From Podarcis pityusensis (taxonomy: Eukaryota), in assembly GCA_964106645.2 (NCBI GenBank), contig OZ067041.1: a stretch of DNA of 64,000 nucleotides; one strand, 5' to 3'. This document shows positions 27,570 through 40,829 of this stretch, piece after piece. Each line of letters opens with the position of its first letter. Positions within the stretch are counted from its first letter, which is position 1. A program made the position numbers and the translations under genes. The notes beneath the pieces are model-generated. The model was not told the DNA's origin, searched no databases, and saw only the letters and a list, made by a program, of their open reading frames with translations.

Positions 27570-29030
27570 TCTTATCACCGGAAGAATTTTATCATTACTG
27601 GGAACCACCTCATACATGGAAGAACCTCTTTGTTATTGACCTTGTGTCAACAGGTCTTGGCCCCTAGAGACTACCTAGATGTAGTGTGACCTAAATTTAT
27701 AATTATCGTCATGTCCTTATAGATAGGAGGAGAAAATGCTAATTTAAAGAGACAGTATCTTTTTTAATCAGTTCTCCTAAACTTTATTAAAATGTATCTT
27801 TAAATATATGTATTATTCAATCCTTTGGAATGTTATATTTTTGGAAATCATAGCTTTTAATTTCAAAGGCCCCTAAAACTGCACAAAATAGATGCTGCTT
27901 TCTATAATCTATTTTAATAATAATATGATCTGTTACTTAACTTGGGGTTGGAACACTACATTCTTTTTAGAGTCTGATTTTGTGAATTGGAATACCTTGC
28001 TTTCCTTTATTTATTTGAAATTATTAGCCCAATCATAACAAGATCAATTCTTAAATTCTAATGGCCTTCCTTTGCTTTTTTATTTTTAGAATAGTATTTT
28101 GAAGTACTTTCATGTAATATCCGAATAATGTGATACTGTCTCTTTGAAGAACTCTGTAAAACTTATAGAGATTTGAAGTTGGGTCTTGACTCTTAATGCA
28201 TGTGGGCAGTCGCAAGCGTTCATGCTGTTGGTGTATCTGTGTTGAAAAAAAACTGTAATCTACAGCAAAGTACATTCCGTTCATGGGGGGAAGTACCCAA
28301 GGGAATAAAATTAAGTACTATGACTAAGTTGTAAAACCTATGCACATCCCTTGCATTTTGGGCAACTTTATAAACAAAAATCCTAATTTTTATTAATAAT
28401 CATGTAGTGAAATGTGTTTGTAATTTTGTCTCAATTTAATTTGTTGTAAAGGTGGGAGGGGGAAAAAATTACTGGTTTCACCATTTCAGATCTGTGTTGT
28501 CTGAGAGTATTAACGTTTTAATTACGTTTAAGCAAAGAAATGCTGATTTTTAATATGTATGTAATTGTTTTGAAAATGCACACATTTTAAGAGAAAATAC
28601 TGTGCAATGAAGAAACCAGTTTAGGCATTGCGATGAACTAACAATTCCAAAAGACTCATCTGCCGCAGCCCTGTAAATTCCTTTCAACGGTAAATGACTC
28701 TACATTCTGACCAATTTTTTATTTTAAATATACTTCCTTTTATGTGTTCAACAATTAAATGCCTTGGGTCATTCATTTCATCACAGGATTCTTCAGGTGC
28801 TTCAAAAGCCAGTCAACTCCTTTGTAGATGTTTAGGGTGGGGAGGGATTCTCGCCATCTTTGTGTTGATTGGCATACGTGGTTTGACTGCAAGACTTGAA
28901 GACTTGTGGCTCACTTAGCAAATAAGGGTTGCTTCATACAGTCACATTTTTAGCATGTGCGCATATTATACATGCTAAAAACAATATACCGAAAAAAATA
29001 TGCGTAATAAAACAAACATGTAGTGCACAG
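27570..29030 (+). other. CASK: CASK 3'UTR, proximal part (may extend to ~34600)
   Basis: AU-rich stretch with no recognisable repeats after the stop; AATAAA at 28304-28309 and 29006-29011. Confidence 0.6.
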
Positions 29031-32000
29031 GTACAAATCTCCGGGAGCTTCCAATTGGCCACGTCCTCCTGCAGTGCATACTGAATGGGGAAGCGTTTGT
29101 TCTTGACAATGTGTGAAGCAGTCCTAAATTTTATATGCAGAGCCTTAATAAGCAAATATTTTCCATGTATTCATCTCAGGGTTGTTGCTATTTTCTGATT
29201 TATCTGACCTTCCTTCAGCAAAGGGTAACGTCTGTTCCCTGTCCTAGAAGAGGGAGACTGAGCATTTCCCATCCCAGTTTGATGTCTTTGTGAACTTAAA
29301 TCACCATTTATCGCCAGTATTGATGTACCTTGGACTGATTGTTTTACATTTTTATTATTTAATATGGATTTTTTGCTTTTGTTATTAAATTCCAGTATGT
29401 TTTTGAAAAGTGTTATCCTCAACGTTAAAATGCAAAAAAAAATTATTTACTCATAGATAGCTTCACCTCCTTGAGAACCATTCAGAATTCAACATATGTT
29501 AACAATATAAAAAGACTAAAGATTTTTAAAGGGCCTAAGAAGAGTTAATGTACTTTGAGAAGACTGCAAGCGAGAGCAAAGAGAGCCATTTCCTTTGGCA
29601 TATAAGCCTTTGCACTAGGTTTTTTATGTATAGAGGGTGATACCCAACATTAGTCCTCCTCAGAGTATACCCATTGAAATCAATGAGTTGAATCCAGCTC
29701 TGCACACAGAGTTCCACTTGTGCAACAGGATTTCTCCTACCTCACTTTTCCTCACATGTCCCAAAGAACTACTCTGCAAACCTTTTATAGCAGATTTTGA
29801 GGGTATGCAGGTGAGAAGACCCATTGCACAACCCAATAAACTTAAATACATTGATCTCAGTGGACAACCATAATTTAGCTGGATAGCACCCAGAACGTTT
29901 ATCAGTTGCCTTTGTCTCATTGCATAGCCCATGACACCTTCAGAAATTCGGATTGCAAGCTAGTTTTGAGTTTCTGAACCTGGCACAATGTAAGTTTAAT
30001 GAGAAAAAGATATCCCTTTTTCTATCCCCTCCCCGAGCTTTGATTATTCAACTATAAACATAACCATTTAATTTGCATTTGTTATTAGACTACATGGTTT
30101 TCCTGACTTTATGACATCATGCCTTGCATCACAGGGCTGGCAAAAAATTGAAGCAATATACAGCTGTTTCTTTACCATCAACATTATTCTTAAGGAATTG
30201 AGTGTACTATTATAATCCAGTGCTGTGGAAATGGAATCACTGAGCTGATTCAATAAGCTTTTAATCTCCCAGCATTCTAACATCTGCATTAGTGACTTAT
30301 TCTCTCTGGATTTTTTCTGCTCTTATGTGTTAAACTTTTTATTCTTTAGCTAAATATTCAGCAGCAAATTATGGGGATTTAGTAGCCAGTGCCACTATCA
30401 AAAACATTTGTGCTAGTAGCATATTTATTAGCAGTATCTGTGTACACTTGTGATGCAAGTTCATCTTCCATGACAACAGCAAAACCCTAGTTCATTTTAA
30501 TGCAGCTAAGTAGCACCCATGGTTTGTAGTATTGTGCTTCTCAGTTGAAATTCCTGCATTGCAGGGGATTGGACTGGATGGCCTTCAGGATCCCTTCTGA
30601 CTGCAATTCTATGATTCTGTGATCACCAGGATTGCACCCTTGGTGGGTGGCTCCTGCACTGCCAACACCCATTAACAATGCCACCACCTCCCACCCCATC
30701 CAAAATGGTGGAGTCCCCCATCTTGATTCAAAATAGCAGCCAACCTTTTCCAAACAAAGACCAAAATCTGCACCTCCATCTTAAGAACCGCCATGTCAAA
30801 TTGGAATAGCAGAATCATCAGAGACATCCCCATTGACCCAGTTTGTTGCACCAAATTGAGCAACAATCTCTTGTGACATCTCCAGATAGGCAGAGTTTGG
30901 AATGGTTCAGTCTGCTGTTTGGATTCCAAACATTGTCCAATGGTATCCAAGCAGACCAAAACCTGCTCTTCGCTCTTGGGAACCAACACACCAAATTAAG
31001 CAACAGTATTTTCAGAGGTGTCAGAATTGGTACAGCTTGGAACCATCACACCAAACCGGGCGACACAACACCATACTGAGCAACAGCACCTTCAGAAGCA
31101 TCGAAATGCAGAACTCTGCATCCAAAACAGCGTTACTAGGAAGAAGGATTGGCTGCTATACCACTGTGAGCATTGTAGCTCGGGGGGGGTAATAAGGGTC
31201 TTCTAATAACTCATCACCTTAACAAACTACAGTTCCCAGGATTCTTCACGTGGAAGTCGTGACTGCTTAAAGAGGTATGATGCCACTTTAAATATATTGT
31301 GCAGATGATGTCTCCAGAGTGAAAACCAGGAGTGCGTTTTTCTGTGAACTTGAGCAGGTGCTTGGAAGCATCCTGCTCCTCAGTTTGAAGAATATGCTGT
31401 TCTCCCCACCGCGGCCACTCATTTGCACCTGGCTCCATTTGGTAAATTTCAGAGTTCTGGGTTTTTTGTTTGTTTGTTTTTTAAAGGTAGAAAATGCAAG
31501 CCTGAAACCTGCCCACCCTGATTTACTGGATGTGCCTATGCTGCCATGTTTTTGAGAAACAAAAGACACCACAGGACAACTTCCATGGTACTGAACAGTA
31601 GCCTCCCATGACTACTCTGGAAACAGCCCTGGAGGTCAGAATGGAACCACTAAAGTATGGTGCCCCCACACTACCCCTTCTTAAAAATAATATTAGGGAA
31701 CAATGAAGGAGCCTCTCTGTATGCATCTATCCAAAAGGCATTATAAACAGAGGCTTTGTTTTCTGTTGGAATAAGAAACCTTACCATTATTAATATTTAA
31801 ATGATATTGAAATGGGTCTCGAGGAAAAAAGAAAGCATCTGTCCAGAGAATTAGCACTTCTATGAAGAAATTAGCATGGTGAGTTACCGCATTGTTTTGT
31901 AATATTCTGATATCTACTAGCTTTCATTTTAATTGGCATTCTGAAATGGGGGTAAATCAACACATAGATGTTACTTTGGGTGAATCCAAGGGGGGGGGGA

Positions 32001-33440
32001 TATGCCAAAGTGAATTAGGCCAGTTATCTTTGAATGTTTACCTGAGTGTCATGTTTATTCAGCAATGTCAACCCCTTATTCTTGTCCTGTGGAAATGCCT
32101 TCATGTTTTTTTCACTGAAAAATATGCCAGAATGCTTTATGTGAATAGTACTCTGTTTATGAAAGGATTAGCAGAAAATGAAATGGAAAGATCATTGTTT
32201 TCAAGGAGTGCATGTAGCCATGACATATTTCCATGGGGATCTATAATTAAATCTTCCAGGTTTTTTGTTGTTGTTTAAAATTGAATAGCAGTCACAAGGA
32301 GGAAGTTTGGATCAGGACTCTGGTATCAGGGTGGGAGATAACCTTCTCTCCCAGTGCCTTCTTCTGATTTAAATAGTTTCTCCAGCAGCTACCGTATTTG
32401 CCCTGCAATGTAGAACTAACAAGTGTCATGCAGCTATTTTTTACTGTGATACAATTAGCATCTGCAGTGGCAAATTTCAGTAGGAGAACAGTACGCAGTG
32501 GAAATGTTAACCCACCCTAGTGGTGCAGTGGTGGTCCAAATTGGCCCTTTCCTCCTTAGCTGCTGTTCAGATTTTTAAATAGTGGGAGCGAAGTGGTAGG
32601 AAAAGCTTAAATTATTAGGAAAGGTGTTGGAAATGAAATTTCTAGCAACTTAATGCTTTGTTATTCTAATGGTGTGGCTGTATTTGGAATACTGTGAACG
32701 GGTGCTCCATTTCAAAAAGGAGATCATACCTTTGGAAAAGGTACCCCAAAGTGCTACCCAAATTATTGTGTTTGGAGCACTCACTGTATGAGGAAAGTTT
32801 TTCAGGATTATTTTTTTTTTTTAGTTCAGAAAAAAGCTATGGATTTGCATTGGGATTTTTTGACAATAATGAATGGAACTGAGAGGAGTGTAGATAGAAA
32901 TTTAGAGTTCAGGGTCACTCAATTAAATTGATGAGCACTATATTCAGGGCTAACTACTTTTTTGCACAAATTGTTCAAACTTGTGAAGAAGAAAATATAC
33001 TGAGGATAGCTCATGATCAAACATGATCAAATTCAATTCATAAAAAACCTTTCAGCTTAGCATGTTCTGCTAAGGGCTTTCCATGTTCACTCCAGCTCCA
33101 AAATGCCAGGAGAGCTCATTTGCCCTAACCCCATGGCTGACACTTGACACAAATTCACATATCGTTACAATGCAGTTCAATCATTACCCACGAAGTCCAA
33201 AACCTCAGACTTCCCTGTGCCAGGAAACTCAGTAAATTCTTAAAAAGCCTCTCTTCTCTCCCACTGACTCTGGCTAACCTGCAGTAAGCAGGGAGTTCAC
33301 TTAGGTGACATTTGAGCACATTTCCAACTCCTTATCATTCTGTGTGAATGGGATTTGTTGCCAGTTAGGTACTTGCTATGCAAAATAATACCTTCAGCTG
33401 TATAGACTCCGTATGTGTATTCCAGTGAACAAACAAAACT

Positions 33441-34290
33441 GAGATAGCTCAGTTGGCAGTGCATAAGACTCTTAATCTCAGAGCATGGGCCTGGGCGTAG
33501 CTGCCCCCCCCCCCCCCCAGATCAAGTAAAACAAAGTTATTGTTTTTGTTTAGTGATTTAGTTGTGTCTGACTCTTCATGACCCCATGGACCAGAGCACG
33601 CCAGGCACTCCTGTCTTCCACTGCCTCCCGCAGTTCGGTCAAATTCATGCTGGTAGCTTCGAGAACACTGTCCAGCCATCTCGTCCTCTGTCATCCCCTT
33701 CTCCTTGTGCCCTCCATCTTTCCCAACATCAGGGTCTTTTCCAGGGAGTCTTCTCTTCTCAAGTAAAACAACAGAAATAACTAACTGACCAATCACATCA
33801 TCCCTGCCCCCCCTAACAAAAGTCCTGGCTACACCCATGTCTCAGGATCATAGGTTTGAGTCCCACATTTTGCAAAAGATTCCTGTATTGTTGGGGGTTA
33901 GGCTAGATCAAGGGTCCCCAACCTGCGGCCCACAGAGGCCGTTTAACCAGCCCATGAGCCGCCCCAGAACCAAGCCGCGTGCTCAGTGAGTCCCCGCACA
34001 CTGCGCTAAACTGGCACGGCGCAGGGACTCTCTTCAGCTGCTCCAGAAATCACTTCTGTGCATGCCCAGACACTGGAAATCGTGTCTGCACATGTCTGTG
34101 GCACTGGAAATCACTTCTGCTCATGCCCAGACGCTTCTGCGCAGGCACAATTTTCGGCATCTGGGCATGCGCAGAAGTGATTTCCGGCATCACACTGCGC
34201 CAGTCTGGCCCACGGAGGATCTCTGCAGGAGTGATCCGCCCCATGCCTGGTAATCCTTGCCGACCCCTGGGCTAGATGACCCTTCCAACT
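33441..34290 (+). mobile_element. tRNA-Lys-derived SINE split by two hAT MITEs (33484-33839 and 33909-34269); the first MITE contains a BovB 3' fragment (33535-33758)
   Basis: SINE pieces align end to end with the intact copy at 38781-38935; TSDs TCTCAGnn, TCAAGTAAAACAA and GGCTAGAT. Confidence 0.85.
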
Positions 34291-36199
34291 CCATCCATCT
34301 CCATGGCAGTGGTGAAGCTGAAATAACCACAGGAGTCCAAATCAATATTGTCAAATAACCTGTCTGTTCAGGGCCATGGCCCTGAACAGCACCAATTTCC
34401 CTGAAATGGAAAGTTTTTTTGTAATTGAGTTTCTAAGATAGTTGATGGGTCCTTAAATGTTTGCTGCTACCTCTTAAGTCACAAATATTTCTGCGGTTTT
34501 ACTAGTTTTGAGAAACCCTGTCTACTGGCTTTTGCTTAAAATGCACTGTTAACTTTTTTTTACTACAGTTGCCATAATAAAGTTTTCATGTTAAGGACAA
34601 CAGCAATAAAAGCATTTCCTAAATATACATTACAAAAAGAGCCAGCTGTACAGAAATGAAAACCAACCAATATTCCGGATCCTACTAGCAGTTTTATCAA
34701 ATGTCTGCAAACTTCAAGCCGCATGATGAACAATGTTTTCCCTGGAGAAATCCTCAACTTAATCTACAGCATTTGGCTGATACAGGAGGGGACAGGGACG
34801 AGACCTTTTATAATACACAGTTGAATTTAGCATTTAAGAAGATTATTGCATTTATAAATAGCCTGAAAATCCAAAGTCATTGAATGTAGTGCACAGAAGA
34901 GATCAATCAAGTAGTTATCATGCCATCTGGCCCCTTTTTTTGCAGTAGGAAAATTGTCCTATAACACTGCATTGGCTAGAATGCCTGGGTTTGGGTGTAT
35001 TTAACACTCCGCCCGAAAATGCTTGCTGCTACTGCTGCTGTGATTGCTTTTTTCTTTGCATAGCTGAACAATAATAGGGCCACGCAGATAGGAATTTAGC
35101 AGCATAAAATCCTATTTTGTAAGGCAGTCAAAACTATGGACTGGAGAAAGAGTGAGGATTTCACCGCTTTCAACAGCAGCTGGGCTTGGAAAAGCTGGAC
35201 AATACATTTCCACCAGTCCATGCAATAACAAGTTGTTCATTATTTCTTACTATGGCTGCTACTCTGAAAGGCTCAGCAGAAAAAATGTGTAACTCTCTGT
35301 AAACCATATAAAATTTGTCAGGAAAGGGTCATTATTAGTTGAAGCATCCATCATTAATAACACCGCCTGCTGTTTTAAATCAAGAGTGGGAAATGGCTTT
35401 TGTGGCTGGATTGTGTGTTTGACATGCCTAGTCAATGATTTTTTATTTATTTATTTAATCCTGTTTAAAAACCATCTGTTTGCCTATTCTTCCCTATAAT
35501 ACGCATTGCAGATGTAAGAACATGAATGATATTTTAAAACAGGATCTTTGTGTAGGGAAATTTTAGTCAGACATTTTATTCTTTCACTTCTTTTATCATT
35601 TATGTTGGAATATGTGTGCTTTGAAAACCATAAGCCAGATATTACAAGCTCCATGCACTTGTGGGTAAATGTTTTTTTTTTCTTATTGTATCGCCAGACT
35701 GGGAAAAGTGCTCTTTTAAGAGTTCCCATTATATTAAAAAAGATTAATCTTACACTAGACAACACTTTTTTTAAAAAAAATAAAAAATCCAAAGCTAAAG
35801 ACAGGTTACATAATTATCTAGTTCACAGTAGCCTAAGGGAGTGTTGAATTTTTCAGTTTTCAAATTCCAAGAATGAGGGGTGCTAAAAATTTGTAACATA
35901 ACTTGGGAATTCGAAAGATATTTTGGTTAAATTAATATAATATAATTTAGTTTTGCTTGGTAAGTAAAATGTGTGTAAAAACTCATTGGAAATAATTAAA
36001 AATGATTGTCAAGTACTTACAGTTTGTTTATTTATTAATTATTATTATTATTATTTAGCATTACATGACATTTTCAAGAGGCAAAATTAAAATTCTTTGG
36101 TAAATAGCAAGATCTGAATTCCTCACATCCCAAAAAATATTTTTAAGACCCTCTCACTGAAGAAAGCTGCAAAAATTAAGTTCCACCCTATTTTGCTGC

Positions 36200-36790
36200 T
36201 ACAGGTGCATCATGGCGTTTCTGCTCTCTGCATTCCTACTATCACTGCTGTGGATGCACAACCGCACTTGTCTGTCCCCAGGCACTACAATCGTCTGCAA
36301 GGGATTCCCACACAGTAGGGTTAATGTTGCCAACCTTCATATCATGTTTGATGACAGTTGGTCTGTCAACAGGCCTGGTGCCTGAAGCCAGCTCCCCATA
36401 CAGCACATCCTGTTCTGCCATCTTCATTCTGTGTACATGAGCAAGCCAATATAGACGTCGCTGAGAGAGGAGTGTGAACATGCTAGGAATATGGGCTTGA
36501 GAGAGCATATATTTGTATGAGACTCTGTCCTTCCATGTGATGCCCAAAATCTTTCTGCCCACGACTCACTTCCATATAACAATGCACTCAACATGCAAGC
36601 CTGCTAGACCTTCAACTTGACATTGGTCATTCGCATGACATTCTCCCACACCCTTTTGGAGAGGCGAGCCATTGCCATATCTGCCTTGCCAATACGCTTG
36701 TCCAGCTCAGCTTCAGTTGAAAAGTGGATGGTTATGGTGGTGCCCAGGTAGACAAAATTGTCTACCCCATCTCAAGTGTGGACACAAAAT
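36200..36790 (-). mobile_element. RTE-clade LINE ORF2 C-terminal fragment
   Basis: ORF 36242..36562 ILGITWKDRVS...QRRLYWLAHVHRM...LYGELASGTRPVDRP is typical of the RTE C-terminus; boundaries approximate. Confidence 0.85.
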
Positions 36791-37389
36791 ATGCAATTGG
36801 AAAAAAGTGCAGTTGGAAAAATTGGGGCAGGGACATTAGGTGTATGTGTTTACTAAGCGCTTTTAAGCAGAGATATTGCCTTGTCTGCATATGCAATGTT
36901 TTTAAGATGTTTTATTGCTTTATCACTTGTTTACCACCCTGGACTCCTCTGGAAGAAAGGGCAGGGTACTGTCCTAAACAAGTTTGGGGACAGGGCTAAC
37001 GCTTAATTGGGGATTTTGAACCCTTAAGTCAAGAAGAAGGGAAGGGAAAGAGATGTTGCGTCTTCTTTCCCCGCCTCACCCCTCCCCCAAATCAACACCT
37101 GAGCTGTTTCCCTTCCCTCAGGATCATTTCAGCTCCACAGCTGTTGAGCACAGCTGTTGAGCACAGTGATTCATTGGGTGGAGTGCGTACGCTGGTGAGA
37201 ATCATAGCAGTGCTCTTGTAATTTGGCAGCCCTGCAAAAAAATTGATCTTGTCTCTCAACACAATGCCAAATATTTCATCAATGAACATTGTTTGGTTTG
37301 TTGGCTGTTTTGTTTTCTTGAATGAAAGCTCCACTCGTCAATTTCCTTCTCTCCTTCCCCCACTTCATGCAAACATGAGAAACAGGGAG

Positions 37390-38030
37390 TGTCCTGAACC
37401 CTTGACCTACCTGGCAAGCAAGTCACCTTCAAAGCCCAGGGATCAAACCACACCAAGTTCAAAGGTCAGGAAACGCAGTCCAGGGTCAGTCCAAGTAAAA
37501 ATGTCTGATATCAGGATACAGTCCAGAGTCAAAGCTGAAGCAAAGTACAGTTGAGGTCCAGGAACATTCAAGCCAAGGTTTACCAACATGGGCAGTTGAG
37601 CAGACACAGCACTTCCTCTCTGCTTCCCTTTGGTACTTTGCCTGCTGATTGCAGCATCTGGGCTTGATGAGGCAGATGACCCTCACCTGTGCCAAGCCCA
37701 CTCCAGCTGAGGAATCACACACATTCCCAGAGGTAGCGAGCCCCACCTGGCTGGCTAGGCTCTTGCTTGCCTCAACCTCCTACAACACCTCTCCCACTGC
37801 TCTCTACACTTCAGGGCCTGCCGTGTTTGTGGGGACAAGGCCCCCTCTGGTTCTGGGTCCTGCTTGTCTGGTTCCTGTGCATTGGCCCCCATCCCCTCGC
37901 CATCACGTGAGTACTTCCTTCCCTTTCCCCTGCTTGCCCCAGTGTGTCCCAGTCCCAGCCCTTGCCAGGATCATCTTCCTCCTCCCCCTCGTGTTTGAGA
38001 GATACCAGCTTTGGTAGCACATGTTTGATG
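37390..38030. mobile_element. Probable degraded Gypsy-type LTR
   Basis: Starts TGTCC, has CAGTCCA-type short repeats and GC-rich low-complexity sequence; ends and TSD not resolved. Confidence 0.35.
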
Positions 38031-38780
38031 GGGCAAAAAGAATAGATACAGGTAACTTTCAGGAAGATCCAATGGCTCTTGCACCAATGTAAGTGATACT
38101 GAGTTGGGCTTTACATCAGTGCAAGGGCCACTGGGTTGTCCTGTGTTAGGGACTGCATAGTAGATAAGAACTGCTGACTCCTATGGAGAAAAGTCATTGC
38201 TACAGAGTGTAGAGTTATAGAATTATAGAGTTGGAAGGGACCATAAGGGTCTAGTCCAACCCTCCGCAATGCAGGAATTTATTTTGCCCAACATGTAGGC
38301 ATGGAGTTGCAAACCATGCAAGTCCTTGTAAACAAGCAGAAAAGCATGCTTTGAACTCATTTATGTTTGTTTGGTTTTTTAAGTGATGGGGAATTGTGCA
38401 GTTGGAAAATCTGTTTTCAAGAAACCCTGAATAATTATATTTTCCAAGTGGAAACCTTACACACTGATTTGGTTTCTTCATGAATGCTAATTAATATCCA
38501 TGCCTATAAAGGCATGTATGAGTACAGACATTTTCTAAGGAGGGGGGCATTCATAATTTTGTATGTATCTGTAGTCTTTCTCCTTGCAGTATAGCTTATA
38601 GCACTGCAAATACTTCTATATTCAGTGCCTATAGCGCAACAAACCATTTAAAAGCAAATTTAAAAAACAGAAGAATTCAATGTTTGTTTGTTTATTAAAA
38701 TGCCCTGTTATGTCCTATTTGAGATGTAATTGAAGGGTTAAGAGACTCCAGGTGGTGTGGGTGCATAAATGGCACTTGCA

Positions 38781-38935
38781 GGATTTGCTCAGTCAGTAGA
38801 GCTTGAGACTCTTAATCTCAGGGTTGTGGGTTTGAGCCCCACATTGAGCAAAGGATTCCTGCATTGCAGGGGGTTGGACTAGATGACCCTCGTGGTCCCT
38901 TCCAACTCTACAATTCTGTGATTCTACAATTCTGT
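38781..38935 (+). mobile_element. tRNA-Lys(CTT)-derived SINE with CR1-like ATTCT(G/A) tail
   Basis: Head GCTCAGTCAGTAGAGCTTGAGACTCTTAATCTCAGGGTTGTGGGTTTGAGCCCCAC resembles tRNA-Lys-CTT; tail CCCTTCCAACTCTACAATTCTGTGATTCT; 3' fragments also at ~30550-30622 (+) and ~38215-38280 (-). Confidence 0.85.
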
Positions 38936-38984
38936 CATAGGGAGTTCAGGAGTACCACATCGATGCTTGTGGTGGTGGTGGTGT

Positions 38985-39390
38985 TATTTGAATTGATATA
39001 TACTGCCCTGTACTTGGAGGTCACAGAATAAAATCAAAATATAAAACCACAAAATGTATAATCAAAATAAAAAAACAACCCAATAACCCCCCCAAAAAAC
39101 CCCCACATTTTAAAAGGGCATAGGATGTCGATCAAATCAACCAAAGGCCTGGTTTAAAAGAAACATTTTTGCCTTGCACCCAAAGGTATATAATGAAAGC
39201 ACCGGGCAAACTTCCCTGGGGAGAGCATTCCAAAGACGGGAGCCAATGCAGAGAAGGCCCGTTCTCGTGTTGCCACCCTCCGGATCTCTCGAGGAAGAGG
39301 CACACGAAGAAAGGCCTCAGAAGATGATCTCAGGGTCCGGGTAGGTTCATATGGAAAGAGGCGGTCCTTGAGGTATTGCGGTCCTGAGCT
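38985..39390 (-). mobile_element. L2-clade LINE 3' fragment
   Basis: ORF 39154..39399 GPQYLKDRLFPYEPTRTLRSS...RAFS is typical of the L2 ORF2 end. Confidence 0.8.
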
Positions 39391-40586
39391 GTTCTTCACA
39401 GAGGAGAGGTAGGGATGATGGAGGCAGGGGCAAATGGCTTACTGACCTGAGTAGCCACTGCCCATAGCATAGCAGCTGTCCCTGCCCATTTTAATTTTAT
39501 TTACATTATATATACTACATACCCTGCTTTGTCCAAGTCCCTTCTATTTGGTGAAGGGGACTGCTGGCTTGCTCAGCACCTGTGAAGAGTCAGGGGCTTA
39601 CCCCCTCCCCCTCCCCCTCCCCCTCCCCCTCCCTTGAGTTCACCCACAGCCCAGTGGACATAGTCTGAAGGAGAGTTGAAATGACTGGATGTAATGAGAC
39701 AAAAGCAATTTTTAAAAACAAAGATCATGACAAGTAACACTACTTAGTGGGAAAATCAGAGTGGGAGATGGCTATTGAAGAAATTAATTGAAGTGAAAAT
39801 GTAATTTTGGGAGAGATCACTATGAGAAATTAAATATTTTAATTCATGTCATGGTTGTTGCATCAGAATGTAACAACACCCCTGGTGGGAAGGCCATGTA
39901 TTCAGACATTTTGCTTCCAAAAGCAGTCAGCCAAATGTCTCTGGGAGCTCAAAAACTGGGCATGAAGATGGTGGGGGCCTTCTTTTATTTTTTATCTCTA
40001 ATATACCTGTGTGTTTTGGAAGTATCTTGCGTCTGAACATAGAGATTATGTTCATCTATCACAGGTAAAAGCTGTCAATATGTCAATTCAGAGATTTTTT
40101 TTTAACCCATCTAAACTAATGGTGGTCAGCACACCTCACAGCTGTGAGTTCTGTATGTTCATTATGCGCGTTGTTTGAAGAAGAATGTTAGCAGCCTTTC
40201 TTTATAAAGCTGCCAGAATTTTAATTCCCTTGTTTCTGGGAAGTGTGGCTATCATGAGGGGAGAACAATTCAGACCATGGCACTCCAGCTAATGTTGAGT
40301 CAAATGAGAGAGGTCAGCTTTGGAAGCAGAAATGATTTTGGCAGTGTCAACATTTGTGGCCTTACAGAAGAAGGTCTTCTGTAAAAATGGGTGTGACAGC
40401 AGCTGTGGGAGCAAAGGAGCAGCTTGCCTTAAACTACATTTGTGGCTCCATCTTGGTAAAAGTCAATTGTCTCCATCTAATCCAGCATTCTTTTTTCCCA
40501 CAGAAGCTAGCCAGCTTATAGTTAGGACACGAGTGTGGTGCTCCTCCCGTGTTTGTTTTTTACTTCCTAGCATCTGATAGAGTAGT

Positions 40587-40829
40587 TGTTATGTCTTGAA
40601 GTGCTCACCCTGGCCACCAAGGGGTATTGTGTATATAGTTTTCACTCAGGTCCGCGTCAGTTAATTTAGACGGGAAACCCTGGGTTGTTAATGTTACAAT
40701 GTGACAGCTGGCTGGCTATAAAAGCAGGCCGGCTGAGCTGTGTTCAGTTCAGTTCAGTTCCAGCTTACTTATAAAGAACTACTTGGAGGAATCTCTGTAT
40801 CGTCTGCCTTGTCAACCCACTACTTAATA
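40587..40829 (+). mobile_element. Solo LTR (243 bp)
   Basis: TGTTA...TAATA termini (CA decayed to TA); 5-bp TSD GTAGT at 40582-40586 and 40830-40834; TATAAAA at 40717-40723 and a downstream polyA-like hexamer at ~40770. Confidence 0.75.

Noticed and set aside
30849-31085. Spaced repeats superficially like a CRISPR array
   Set aside because: Eukaryotic context, degenerate repeats, irregular spacing (140 and 80 nt) and no cas genes
38781-38850. tRNA-Lys(CTT)-like sequence
   Set aside because: Acceptor stem and T-loop are degenerate (GGTTTGAG), and it runs into a CR1-like tail shared with other copies, so it is a SINE head rather than a tRNA gene
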